Counted from the first letter of the whole stretch, positions 38,296 through 51,863 are shown. The stretch: DNA of 62,883 nucleotides, filler included, from Kipferlia bialata (GCA_003568945.1; 5 parts of 5 records of this genome joined end to end with filler, not necessarily neighbours in it); one strand, 5' to 3'. Notes: generated by a model not told the origin, from the sequence alone. Program-made: numbers and translations.

Positions 38296-41200
38296 TTAGG
38301 GGATGGGAGGGTTATCTACAACGATGCAAGCCTCGAGGTCGTACTGGATGGACTCGTGGGCCACCTTCCCCCCTCCAGTCTTCACCATGACAATGATATC
38401 AACAAGAGCATTGGTGGTGAAGGTGACAATGGTACTACCACCATCGGGCTCAAAGTTAATGATGCAGGGAGGGGTGAGCTTGAACCCGTTGACAAAGGTG
38501 ACACGGTTGATGCTAGCTAGGTACTGGCCGTCTCCGTTGTTAGCATTGATGGGGTCGTCGTCGGTACATCCCACGGGGGTGCCGTCACTGGTGAGGTTGT
38601 CATCTACAGTGGCGATGGTGAGGTGGCTGAGGCCGCATCCCATGTCCTTCTCGTCAAGTACTATCTTGACCTGCACTGTCCATGTGCCATCACCATTGTC
38701 AGTCACGCAGAAGAGCTCAGCAGTGTAGCCACAGAGGGGGGAGCCGTCGGTCTGGGGGTGAGAGACATGGAGAACAACCACGCTACCACTAGATATGCAT
38801 GTACTAACATATATAAATGCATGTACATACCTGATCTAAGAGTTCTTCAGCGGGTAGCTCACACTCGCACATCTCCTCGTTGGGTGTCATCACAAGGTTC
38901 ACAATCTGGATGTCGCACTCCCCTATGGTCACCTCCTCAGCAGGAGGGGTGTCGTACCCTGTTGCCGTGACGGTGACGTCATAGGTACCCGGGTCCACAC
39001 AACAAAGGGTGTAGTCTCCATTGGCGTCTGAGGTAACACACTGCTCAGGCGTGGTGTCTATGCACACCTCTGCACCCTCAATGGGACCGAAGGGGTCGGT
39101 CGCATCTGTCACTGTACCAGTCACCACCTGAGGACACAGGTCGAAGCAGAATGGGTTGTCCCCACACTCGAGAGTAACAAGCTGCTCGTACTGTTGTCCA
39201 TCAACCTCGTACTGGATGCTGATCTCGAGGTCTTCGACAGGGGTGTCGATTGTGAGACAGTTTGCGCTAGGGTACTGATCATCGGTGAGAATCTCATCCA
39301 GATAGACAGGGTCCTCGGGGTCTGTGACATCGTAGTAGAAGACAGGGACTCCGGCCTCGTACATGGGATCTACACCGTCACAATCATCGCTCAGACTGAC
39401 ACACACCTCCTGAGTGGCACAGGCTGGGGGCAGCTCGAAGGTCACTTCGATGTCCTCGCACTCCTCGACATCGACCATCTGGGAGGCTGGGCTGAGACCA
39501 TCGGCTGGTAAGGGCGTCACTGTCAGCACCCATGGACCAGTGGGCACATCGAGCAGCTCGAAGAAACCGTTGCTGTCGGTGGTGGTGGTGGTTTCCGGCG
39601 TAGTGCTTAGGCTGACCAGGGCGTCAACAACGGGCGTTCCTCCTACCTCAGCAAACACCTCACCCACGATTATCGCTATGCACGGGGCGGTGAGGCACTC
39701 GACAGTCTCCCCACACTCCACCGGTACAACCTCCTCGGCCAGTATGCCATCCGGGGTCTGGTAAATGACAGTGACGGCGTCTAGGATGGCGGGTATCTCT
39801 AGGCATGAGTCGTCATCGGGTATGCCAGTGTCGTTGGTCACGGTGTCACCAATGAGGTCATCCTCATCATCGTAGTAGAACACAGTGATGCCAGGGATGT
39901 AGACTACTGGATCGTCGCCACAGTCCTCTGCTACAAACACACACACAGTCTTCAGTATGCAGGGGAGGACAGGGTTGAGGAAGGTGGGACCACACTCCGC
40001 GAACGTTACGGCCTCTCTCTCAATAGCACCCAGGTACATGCTGTCTGCTGCTGAGGGAGTCACCTCCACATCATAGACACCGGCCGGTATCCCTAGGATG
40101 GCGAAGTTGCCATTGCCGTCGGTCATTGTAGAGACAGGGTCAGGGGAGGTGTCAACAGTCACTGTAGCACCGAGGAGGGGGTTACCGTCCTCATCCTTGA
40201 CATAGCCTGTGAAGACTGGGACACAGACTGGCTCGAGGCACACAACAGTGTCCCCGCACACCAAGGGCACAGTGGCGGAGTTGGGGGTGCTCTCATACGT
40301 GTACTCGATGTATACAGAGTCCAGGGCAGGGGGTAGGTCGAGTACTAGGCATGACTCCATGGTCTCCTCCCCATCCGCATCAGTGATGGTGGTGTCGAGG
40401 AAGACGGGGTTGTCGGGGTCAGTGACGTCGTAGTAGGATATCTCCACCATGCCGATGTACACGGGTTCTGCCGCACCGCAGTCCTCGGAGAGGTTGACGC
40501 ACACCTTCTGTGCATCGCAGTTGATCTCGAGGGTGATGTCTAGGGGTCCACAGCAGGGGAAGACACCCGCTGTCTGGAAGTCCGGCTTACCGTCAGGCAG
40601 GTCGGTCACATCGAGTGTGAAGCCCTGACCCTGGGCACCAGAGGGCAGTACAAAGCTGGCAGTGCCAGTGGCATCGGTGGTGGTGGTGTCCGTGTAGAGG
40701 TTGTCATCGGTGATGTAGGTCACAGTGGCACCGACGGCAGGGCCTGCGTTGGGTGGTCCCGTGAACACTTGCACAGTGAGGGTCGACTCAATACAGGGTG
40801 GCTCTATGGTGAGGTAGTTGATGCCGCAGCCCATCTCTCCGGTGATGACGCCACAGCCGTAGATGCCGCCCAGGCTGGACCAGTTGACCACATAGGTGCC
40901 GGGAATGAGGTCTGTGAACCACACCTCCCCATCAGCCTGTGTCTGTAGGGTGTGGGTGACACCGTCTAGGGTAAGGGCAATGGTGATGCCGGAGAGAGGC
41001 GCACCACTGGGGTGAGGGGGAGGCAGCGAGTGCAAGAATATACATATCCATAGACAGAGTATGCACGTACACATACAGTATATATATACAACTCACACTC
41101 ACCATGGGTCCAGGGCAGTGATCAGGAGTGACGCAGGGTCAATGCATGGGAGTACAACATCCAGATGCACCACTCCACACACGGGTACCTCCACCTCGTA

Positions 41201-43882
41201 TGTGACAGGGCCATACTCTGACTCGGGGGGAGGGGTGAATGTGACAGTGACGATACCAGGTGGTACACCAGTGAGGTAGTAGTTACCCTCCTCATCAGTG
41301 ACAGTGGACACCAGGGGATCAGTGCCGTCTACAGCAACCTCGACACCTTCCAGAGGGGCACCTGCGGCATCAGTCACTGTACCAGTAAGCACTCTCTCAC
41401 ACTCCACGCAGAAGACAGCATCGTTCTCTCCACAGGATAGAGGGACGGTGTTCCAGTACTCCACCCCGTCATAGATGAAGAGGGTGAGGACCTCGGTGAG
41501 GGGGTACACTAGGAGGTCGGGCACTATATCCAGACAGACAGGCCCATCTGCACTGGTGATTACACAGGCAAGGGGTGTCTCTGTGTCGACAGTGTCGAAG
41601 ACACAGATCTCAATGTCGCCGATGGGCTGGCTGTACTCGTCGGGACAGCAGTCCTCGGTGACAGAGAGGCAGAGACTCTGGGTGGGGCAGGGGATGACGA
41701 GGGGGACCTCGGCACCAGCGCAGCACTGGAACTCATAGGTTACACCATCACTGTATACGAAGCCTGGCAGGCCTGGGATACCCTCTACAGTGAGTGTGTA
41801 CTCTGCACCAAGTACCTCCTCGGGAAGAGGGCTGAACAGCACTGACCCATACACATCAGTGACAGCAGACTCAGAGAGGGGTGGGTCGAGGGTGGTCCAG
41901 GTGACAGTGGCACCGGACACAGCGTCAGGGAAGGGCTCAGCGGTGGACACGTCAACCTTGAGGTAGGGGGCCTCGACACACTCAAGCTCCAGCTCTACGT
42001 TGTTGTGACCGCAGAGGAGCTCCCAGGTGATGATACCAGAGGTGTGGTCAGGGTAGCACCAGGAGATGTCTACAGTGTCCCCAGGTACGATGAAGCCAAG
42101 CACAAACCCGACCTGGCCCCACTCGTCTGTCACACCGGTCTGGATGTCCTTGTCACACTGTGACAGGTACACCTCCACACCGGGTAGGGGCCCGGCACAG
42201 GGCTCAGTGACAGTGACCCAGAGAGTGGCAGGGCATGTCCTGGGGGAGAGCTCCACATCTACGATGGTAGTGCCGCAGAGGGGGACATCTACAAACTCGG
42301 TGCTGGTCGTGTAGTCGGGGTCGGTCACCTCCACCCTCAGCTGGAAGTACTCGCCAGCGTACTCGGTGAGGTCGATCGTGTAGTAACCGTCAGCATCGGT
42401 GACGGTGCCGGCGAGAGGGGTGAGGGAGTCGGATGGGTAGACAGTCACGAGAGCACCTGGGGTAAGAACCCACATGGAGCGAGAGTGTTAATAATGGTGA
42501 CTATACTATTGCAATGCTCTGCTCTCTGGCTCTCACGCACAAACACATCTTGTCTATATATACATTGCCTGTGTATACACTGTGTACCTTCAATCCCCTG
42601 GTCAGGCTCCCCCTCCTCTGTGACCCTGCCCTCTATGCCGAAGAAGTCGCAGGGGGGGATGTCCAGGAAGTAGGGGCCGCAGAAGGGGATCTGGGGGTGA
42701 GGGGGCGGAGATGGGGGGGGGATATAGAACTAAACATCCACATATAGTGTATGTTTATGTGTGTGGAATATAGACTGCGTATCTACACTGTATAGTGTAT
42801 GTTATATGCATACCTCTATCACGATGGGGCACTGCGTGGGGTCCAGTCCTGTCAGACACTCCTCTTCACACTCGGCATCGACACCACACATGACAACTGT
42901 GTCTGGGCTGATGGAGGAGTAGGAGGGGCACTCGAGGGAGGGGTTGCACCTGACCTGGGGGTGAGGGAGGGAGAGACATGTCTACGTAAGGTGAAGAGTC
43001 AACAATAAGACTTGAGGGATTAAGAGAGAGAGAGAGATATGCCCACCTCTATGTCCTGGACAGACCCGTCTAGGAGAGAGGCCGGGAGAGACCCCTCCAC
43101 CCTGGCACAGTCTGCTCTGAAGGAGGAGAGGGCAGGGGAGGTACCCATGCACTCAGGCAGAGGGGCGTTGAGCAGGTTGTTGCTAAGGTTGAGTGTCTCC
43201 AGGTAGGGCATATCACAGAGGCAGGGGGGAAGAGACCCAATCACCCTGGCGTCGGAGAGGTCGAGGAAGGTGAGCAGCGTGTTCTGGGGTGAGCGCGACA
43301 GGAGAGAGTGACAAGAGAGTAGAGGGAACTGTGCACCTGGCAGATCTCCTCGATGAAGGGGGTGATCATGTGGTTGTCGTGGAAGGAGAGGAACTGCACA
43401 GAGGGCAGGCACCCAAGCTCGGCTGGGGGTGAGGGGGAGAGACAGTGACCGAGAGTGGAGAGGTAGTACTACTGTAGAGGGGACACTTTTGTCTGTGTAC
43501 CTGAAAGAGAGACACACAGTGTATGAGTCTAGTAGTCACCTGGGAGTGTCCCTGTCATGCCAAAGTCAGCCATGGATAGACCCACAACATCCCCGTCCTT
43601 ATCACAGTAGACCCCCTCCTGGCAGGGTGAGCATGCACAGACATAGAGAGAGAGGATATACATGGAGAGTGACAACGCAAGACATACCCAGTAGCAGTGG
43701 TTGGGAATGGTGAGCCAGCCCTCGCCCCTGGTCCACGAGGGACCCCCGCATGTGAAGTAGAGTGCCTCGAGGACGTCTCTCTCAGTGACACCCTCACAGG
43801 ACTCGGCAGCATCAGCAGAGCCGGACAGGGCTAGCAAGAGAGCCAGGGCAACAAACAGACCGATGCATCGAAGGCCTCCCAT
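38296..43882 (-). CDS. Secreted or surface protein: signal peptide, LRRNT and plant-type LRRs, then many Cna-B/carboxypeptidase-regulatory-like beta-sandwich repeats; acidic and Cys-rich
   Basis: MGGLRCIGLFVALALLLALSGSADA; ERDVLEALYFTCGGPSW...HCYWEGVYC; LETLNLSNNLLNAPLP; repeated GTVTDAAGAPLEGVEVAV...TVTDEEGNYYLTGVPPG and GYVKDEDGNPLLGATVTV...TDGNGNFAILGIPAGVYDVEV. Confidence 0.85.
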
Positions 43883-44137
43883 GCTGTGATGGGTACACAG
43901 CTATACGGGTAGAGACAGTGTCTGTGGCATGGGTGGCGCACATTTACTGTAGAGAGAGAGAGAGATGTGTGGCAAGGAGGCCATCTGCAGGTCCATAGAC
44001 TGCGGGTCAGCAGTGAGACGTCGAGACGGCACAAATAGTCTAGGGTTTGTCAAGATCTCTCTGCATGATGCAGTGCATCTCTCTTGCTTGCCCCCATGGG
44101 TTATCTGTCGTCATATGCGAGGGGCATGTGCCTTAGA

Positions 44138-44768
44138 ATGCCGCCAAAAGGTGTGATTGAGGCAGTATGTGTGTCTTCAGTCCGAGAGGCCGCGCCTCTT
44201 CCCCCGGCACTTGAGGTACCATGACATGCACATCTTGTATCAGTATCAGTTTCAGTAGAGGTCCTCTACTATACAGACGGTCTCTGCCTCACCCTAGGAG
44301 TGCGCCTATGGCCGCATCAGCGTCCAGCCGTTCTCCGGCAAGTGCTGTGTATCATATCCAAAGGGAGGGCTCCTACTTGATGGATCCCCAGCTCCTTCGA
44401 TATACCCCCTGCCCGCTCTCCCTGGGGGTGCTTCCATCACTGACACTAGCTGGTCTCCCACCCAGACTGGTGTCCTCGCAATCAGTGCTGGACCCAGCGT
44501 CCATGTCATAGAACCCATGGCTGGGACTGGCTGGCGGACAGGGGGCATAGGAGACGAGAGGTATGATAACACTTGGGAAGTGTATGCATCAGATCTCTTA
44601 GCTTGTGATCCAGCCCGGTTCACCCCAGTACAGTATTATCCAGCGTTGCATTCCACCCATCCATCCCTGGCTGTCTATTTGCATGTACATACCAGGGAGA
44701 CCTATACTGCATGGACACTGCAAGATCTGAACGAAAGCCAGTGCATCTCCACCAGGCAGACCATACAG
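44138..44768 (+). CDS. 5' part of a WD40-repeat protein (resembles the WDR59/Sea3 N-terminus), ending before a poly-C tract
   Basis: Spliced: MPPKGVIEAV...LE|ECAYGRISVQPFSGKCCVS...SITDTSWSPTQTGVLAISAGPSVHVIE...SVAFHPSIPGCLFACTYQGDLYCMDTARSERKPVHL. WD40-blade pattern; the WDR59 similarity is from memory only. Confidence 0.6.
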
Positions 44769-44829
44769 GTATCACTAGCCGTAGAGCTATTTACCTGGTG
44801 CCCGAAACACACTCTGTCATCCCTCCGTC

Positions 44830-44870
<41 letters not shown>

Positions 44871-45187
44871 CCCTCCCCGGAAAACCCCCCCCCCCCCCCC
44901 CTTCCCTCTCACCCCCTCTCTTCATCGATATCTGCGTGTCATTTATGAATCTACATATAACATCCGGTGGAGAACACTGTTCATATACCGAATGGCTCTG
45001 ACGTATGAGTACATGTATATAGTCACATCCATAAACCACATATACGTAAATACTGAGTATAATATACTAGACTAGTAATATATATATATGGATGGTAGTG
45101 TCATACTACTAGTGTGTATTATGGATACTACGCCTAGTAACTAGTATCCATATATATCTATATCCTACGTACTGAACTCACCCCCAG

Positions 45188-45672
45188 TACCTTGTTGCCC
45201 TACGTCACATAGGGCATTGGAAGGCCTTGGGCCGCAGACCCCCTGTCTTCTGGATGGGTGTCCTACTGTTCTTTGCTGTGTTTATCGGCCTCTTTGTGGT
45301 TTCATACGTCTTCGGCTTCCTGGTGCGCGTAATGTCCGCATTTATTGACGGTATGTCTAGTTTTCGTGTATATATGATGATACTAGATGGAACTATGTAG
45401 TAATACTGTGTGCATAATGTACTTATGTATCTATTCCGCTCCCTGACACTCAGATGACTACCTGTGGATACCCGGCTGCATTCTAGTCATCGCCTTCTTT
45501 GTACTCGTAGGGGTAGCCGTGGTATGTACTCCCACTCTCTCCCTGTATATATATATGTAAATATAGGGAGGTAGAATATATATGTAGACACATCTCTCTC
45601 AGCACGTATACTCTCATATATATGGTGTCATGATGCCACTGTCATCCTCACCGTCATATATATATATATATA

Positions 45673-45709
<37 letters not shown>

Positions 45710-47765
45710 GTATCATAACAGGATACTGATGTCATCCTTACCGTCATATATATATATATTACCGTCAGGAAAAGCGCCTGGTGCCGTGGCTTGCCTCCCT
45801 CAAGAACAATAGGGCTGCAACGGAGGCTGCTCCCACCCCTACTGAGGGAGTGAACCCTGTCCCTACTGACTACACAGGAGTGGCCATCATCGTGCTCATA
45901 ATGGGCATCATACTCTTCGGCCCATTCCTCTACCGCATCTGGGAGAACATATGCTGGTTCTACGACGATGGTACGATTAGTATATATGTATATACATATA
46001 TTTTGAATATATTGATATACATATATATACTCAAATATGAGAGACTTTTGCCCCTGCGATATCGCTCTCTCTTCGCTGCTCTTTCCTTAGTCACATTATT
46101 CCGCAGGACTCCACTTCATGTATACTCTATACTAGCATAGTATTACTATGTACGTATAGTATATACTTTGTGAATTTACTCTTGCCTTGCCAGATTCATA
46201 CTCTGTCCTCTCTCATGTCTCAGCTGGACTAAAGTGGATGTGGCATCATATAGTTTTGTATATACTCTATAAAGTAATAGTATATGTATATACTCTTGCC
46301 CCCCCCCCCCTCTTTCCAATCTGATGTCTCAGCTGGACTGGAGTGGATGTGGCCCATCTTCAATGTCCTGTTGATAGTGGGTACTGTCTTCCTGGGCCGC
46401 TATCTGGTAGGGTCATGGGTTCTGCCACGTACATCCCTCTCTCTCTCTCTCTCCCTCTCCATCTCTCTCTCTCTCTCTCGGTTGTTGCCCCTCACTTCTC
46501 TAGTATCAATATGTAGTATATATATCCTATATTTTACAGTATATACTATATAAAGATTATATTTGTATATGTAGTATATATATTGCATTACTGAGATATA
46601 GCATATATATATACATGGTCACACAGAGAAAGTGGTAGGATATATATATAGTATATATGTACACACCACCTCGTATGCCCACCCCAGTACCATGCCGCCC
46701 AGCGTGAGAAGGAGCGGTACAGAGCCATGGGCCGCCGGCGCCCTGTCAACTGGCTGGGCGTTGTCCTATTCATGGGTGGACTGGTCGTAGATATTGCAGT
46801 GCCATACGGCATGGACTATGTGGTGTGGGGGTTCGAGAACCTCATTGAGGGTACGTGATATATATATATATATTGTGTATCCATATTGCATTTGAGACGG
46901 GACTATTCATACCTGTATATATGTTATTCCTCTACCTCTTTCTGACCTCTCAGTTGCTAGCCTATGGGTCCTCTCCGTCCTAGTTGTACTCCCTATCGTG
47001 GGTATCGTGCTGCTCAGCCGTGCCGTGGTATGTACTCTCTCTCCCTGTCAATCACTATATATACATATATATATATATTGTTCTCAGGCTAGGGAACACG
47101 TGGCCGTCATATAGTTGATCTACAATGTATGTGAATGCGTAGCTAACATATAAGCATTAATGCTCTGTCTTCTATACACATCGCTACTTGCATAATGTTC
47201 TGCTAATGTCAGAACAAGCAGAAGAGGCGGCGTGAGGTTACCCTTGTGGACAATGGGGATGGGCCCCTACCCACAGTGGCAGACAACACACTGCCCATAG
47301 TGGCCGTAAAGGAGGTGTGGTCTCTCTCTCCCTTCTATCTCTTAATGGGTCAGTATCACGTATCATTAACAGAAGCATTAGTACTACATCTGTATGGGTG
47401 GTGATATGTTCACATACCCTTAATTTCGGCATACCCTCCTAGTCACTATTCAATGGTGTATATACAGCTCAATGACCAATGCATATAATCAGGATTTATA
47501 CACTATATATGTTGTCATGTTTTCACAGTTGACCCCAAGGTGCCGGGAAATGGACCACAGGAGGATGTGGAGCCTTTCGGCACATACCAAGGAGGTAGGG
47601 TTCATATACACAAGCAGATATAGTATGCAATATGGATATGAAACCATACACAAGCACCTCACCCCAGGCGCACCCCCACCCCTAGACCCCGCACAGGAGG
47701 AGACGCAGGGGCTTCTCCAGGGATTCTTTGACTCCCAGGGAAACTCTAGTTACGCTAGTGTTTAG
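45188..47765 (+). CDS. Polytopic membrane protein, 5'-partial, about six TM segments in three hairpin repeats
   Basis: YLVALRHIGHWKALGRRPPVFWMGVLLFFAVFIGLF... / ...DYTGVAIIVLIMGIILFGPFL... / YHAAQREKERYRAMGRRRPVNWLGVVLFMGGLV..., ending GFFDSQGNSSYASV*. Confidence 0.7.
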
Positions 47766-48321
47766 GTGTACAGGCCCCTTATCACACTATATCATACAAT
47801 TTGGAATCAAAGTGATCCCAACAGGGTATTTGGGTCGAGATGGGTTGAAGAATATATATAATTTATCGTGTCTTTTCATATGTCAGTGTGTCATTATGTC
47901 GCAGAAACTGAACCGGAGTGGCATGATTGGTGAAAAACAGAAGGAGAGACTAGGATATTCCTACTAGTACAAGGAACTGACAAGTGGAAGGCACTCAGCG
48001 AGGTTGGTTGGGTTATCGACAAAGAGAAGAGGTTATTGGTAGTACCAACATGGTACACTGTCAAACTGATTGAATCAATAGTGTGATCTACATCAAGAAA
48101 TCAGGTCACCAGAACTCAGCCAGGTATAAACTAAAACAAGATATGTGAAATGATGTCTTCAAGTGAGTAGTGGCAAATTAATCACGACAGGTAAATGAAT
48201 TGTCAGTGCTTCGAGACAATGAGTAGGACACACACCGAGCCAAAACACAGTGGCCTCCCACCTCTCTCTGCCTCCTGAGCCTGCACTCATTCTCTCTCTC
48301 TCTCTCTCTCTCTCCCTGCAC

Positions 48322-49871
48322 TCAGAGCAGGGTGAGGTCGAACACCCCCACCAACCCTGCGTAGTCGTTGACCTCCGGGACACCCCCCAGCAGCACATCC
48401 CCGTCCACCCCCCCAAAGGCCACGGAGTTGCCTGGGGTGAGTACTAGAGGAGAGCAGGTTGGGTATGCAATATACACTATATGACATGGGCTGTTGTACC
48501 TAGCGCTGTGTTGTAGTCCGCCGACTCTGTGTCTGCCAGTGTGTACAGACCGTCTGTACCCAGGGTGTAGACATAGACACTGGGGTCAGGAGGAAGACAA
48601 CCGCAATATATAGGAGAGACGAGAGAGAGAGAGAGGGGGATCCATGCCTGTTCCCCATTGTTGCCCCCACTGCTAGCCTCTGCCCATCACTGGAGATGTC
48701 CACTGAGTAGGCATATGTGGAGTAGTACTTGTTGCCACCATCCAGGGTCTGTACTAAGGAGAAGGTGCTGGGGGTGAGGGAGGGATTGGGGGTGAGTAGG
48801 GGTGAGCGGGGTTGAGGCACGGGATCAAACAACACAGAGAGAGAGAGAGCCATCCTGGACTGAAAGACTGACATATACAGAAACACACGCGTGTTCTCTC
48901 TGTACATCTGGATATGCCTATACACGTGTGTATATATGTACAAGTATGTGATGACTGTATCTATATGTGTATATGCACACACACTCACCCCTCCCCGTCC
49001 TGTCTGTACATCTGGACATGCCTATACACATGTATATATATGTACAAGAATGTGCCTATATATAAATATATATACAGAAACACACGCACCCCTCCCCGTC
49101 CTGTCTGTACATCTGGACATGTCCGGCATAGTCCACTGGGTTGGACCATGTGTGGCACCCCACACCGACTGTGGCACCGTCAGCAGTGATGCATAGGGTG
49201 GTCTCCTCATAGCACCTCACCCCTGGGAGTGTGCCTGTGTGCGTCCACTTGACCCTGCCACCAGAGGGTGCATAGTCATACACATTGACCTGACCACTGG
49301 GGTAAGTAGGGGCAGAGAGAGAGAGAGAGAGAGAGAGAGATAGGGAGAGGGAGTGACGCTCACTTTGAGTCTGAGCCCATGACCACCCAGGTGCCATCAG
49401 CAGACACAGCCACGTTGTCACCATTGCCTGGGGATGGGAGGAAGAGAGAGACAGACACACACACACATATGCACCCACGCCATAACAGGTAGCCAGGCAC
49501 AACACATAGACATGGAACAACGAACACACCCATGATGCTATATCACATATATAAAAATACACAAAGAGGGGGCAGCACCGCCTCCCTCCACCGCAACTCA
49601 CCTCTCTCTCTCTCTCCCACCAGTATATCTATGTATACATCACTACCTGTGGGGAATCCTATGTCCTTGCCCTTGAGAGTACCCTCCCGGCGGTATCTAT
49701 CACTGGAGAGCCTGGATGAAAGGGAGATACTGAGATGGAGTAGGAGGGAGGGGAGGGAGGGGAGAGAGAAAGATAGTACCTGTACACCAGTGCCTCTCCC
49801 GAATCATAGTCGTAGTTGGGGAAACCAACGACCAGTACACCTCCTGGACGGAGAGAGAGGGGGGAAGACAG

Positions 49872-49918
<47 letters not shown>

Positions 49919-49986
49919 ACCTCCCATGGCCAGTGACTGACCGAAGATCTCTGCAGGGCCAGGGGAGTTGATGGTGTCTGCCTGTG

Positions 49987-50037
<51 letters not shown>

Positions 50038-50285
50038 AGGGAGAGAGAGAGAGAGTATCAACCTGGGATGAGGAAGCGGACGCAGTCCGAGAGTGAGAGG
50101 GCGAGAGCAGAAGCATACATATACCAACTCATCGACTCACTCATAGCCATACACATATACCTTTGTCCAGACCCCGTTGATCAGGTGGTAGAGGTACACT
50201 GCGCTGTTGTATGTGTTGTTGAAATGGACACCCACACCTGCCCAGTCGCCGTCTGAGGATGAGGGGAGAGGGGTAACATGAGAGG

Positions 50286-50332
<47 letters not shown>

Positions 50333-51099
50333 CCCACCTATGGCCACTGTGAAGCCGATGTCTGTGGCAGTTGTGTCTGACACAGGTAGGCGGCAGTCAT
50401 ACTCCCACACACCGTCCTGGTTCTGGTGGTACATGAAGGCAGCACCTACAATAAGGGTCTAGAGAGAGAGAGAGAGAGACCTCAGGTCTCAGACCTGGTG
50501 GTACATGAAGGCGACACCTGGGGTTAGAGAGAGAGAGAGAGACATAAAGAGAGAGAGGGTGTCCGAGAGGAGAATCCCAATGACCTGTGCGTGTATCGTC
50601 GGTGTCACTGCGTGTGGCGTACGATGCCTGGACCACGGCCCATGCCCCACTCACAGCAACCTGGTTGCCAAAGCGAGAGTCTGGGGTGAGAGAGAGATAG
50701 AAGGGGGTGAGAGAGGGATAGGAAAGGGGGTTTATGGAGGATAACGGGTCATACAGAGACAATGTGTGGCGCGGATGGGACGTGGACACCATATCTAAAT
50801 AGATATCCCACCAAGACCAAGAGAGACTGGAATCGGTGTGGACAAATCTTCTGTCATACTTATCACCTGCAAGACACGAAAGGACTCAATTGAAAATGTG
50901 GCTTCAAACATACCATTCTACGTAAGGGGGGACACCTATCTGGCAAGCGACAGCGGTGGGATTACAATATTATATGTGATTGAATTCAGACGAACTGGCA
51001 CTCACCCACTTGCGGGTATGGGCTGGTGAAGTTGGCACTCCATATGGAGCACATACACAGGGACACGCAGCATAGAGCTGCAAGGACACAGCGTGGCAT
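48322..51099 (-). CDS. Secreted FG-GAP-like beta-propeller protein
   Basis: Signal peptide MPRCVLAALCCVSLCMCSIWS. Repeats SRFGNQVAVSGAWAVV...GAAFMY, DIGFTVAIDGDWAGVG...AVYLY, GDNVAVSADGTWVVMG...GQVNVY, YAYSVDISSDGQRLAVGA and GNSVAFGG...AGLVGVFDLTLL*. Confidence 0.8.
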
Positions 51100-51233
51100 G
51101 CTTGTGTTAATATGACTGCACGAAGCAGGTGAGTAGCGATGACAATAAATCTACATGTTTGAGGGTACCTTTTGGTCACTTTCGTCGAGGGTCTGTTGGG
51201 CTATGGACTACGCTCTCTCTTACTACACTGGCT

Positions 51234-51636
51234 ATGAGTGGCCCTCCTGCCCTGAGTCCCCTGATCCACACCCTGACCCATGTGATAAGGGTATGTGACC
51301 AACGGGTGATGCCGTGGAAGAATGGGAAGGGGAGCACTGCTGAGATACTCGTATCACCCCCTGGCACCTCTCTGGCTAAGATGGACTTCACATACAGGTA
51401 TTCACACCAATATATGTGTATATATATGTAGGTAGAGAGAGGTAGTCTCACATACAGGCTGAGCTCGGCCCCAGTCACCGAGGACGGGTCATTCTCACAC
51501 TTCCCAGGTGCGGGATGTATATGGGTTCATCTACAGATGTAGAAACATCGTCAGTATACCACAGTTACTCTAATGTATACATCTGACCCCCAGGCTTCCA
51601 GCGTATCCTCCTTCCCATAGAAGGGGCTGGGTTCAG
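51234..51636 (+). CDS. hutD: HutD/Ves-family (cupin) protein, 3'-truncated by gap
   Basis: Exons 51234-51397, 51458-about 51507, 51594-51636: RVMPWKNGKGSTAEILVSPPG...DFTYRLSSAPVTEDGSFSHFPGFQRILLPIEGAGF, matching the HutD pattern MPWKNGxGxTxEI...FxxRxSxAxVxxDGxFSxFPGxxR. Confidence 0.85.
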
Positions 51637-51763
51637 GTATCAAGAACCCATTGGAGCTGTTGCAGAGTCTGTGTATCTAACCCTCCCATCTCAGACCTCT
51701 CTCTCCCTCCCCCCCCCCCTCTCTATGTCCCCGCCCCCCCTTCCACCCAGTGTCACTTCTCAT

Positions 51764-51863
51764 NNNNNNNNNNNNNNNNNNNNNNNNNNNNNNNNNNNNN
51801 NNNNNNNTTAATTAATTAANNNNNNNNNNNNNNNNNNNNNNNNNNNNNNNNNNNNNNNNNNNN
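51764..51863. other. Artificial contig/scaffold spacer
   Basis: N run with TTAATTAATTAA at 51808-51819. Confidence 0.97.
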
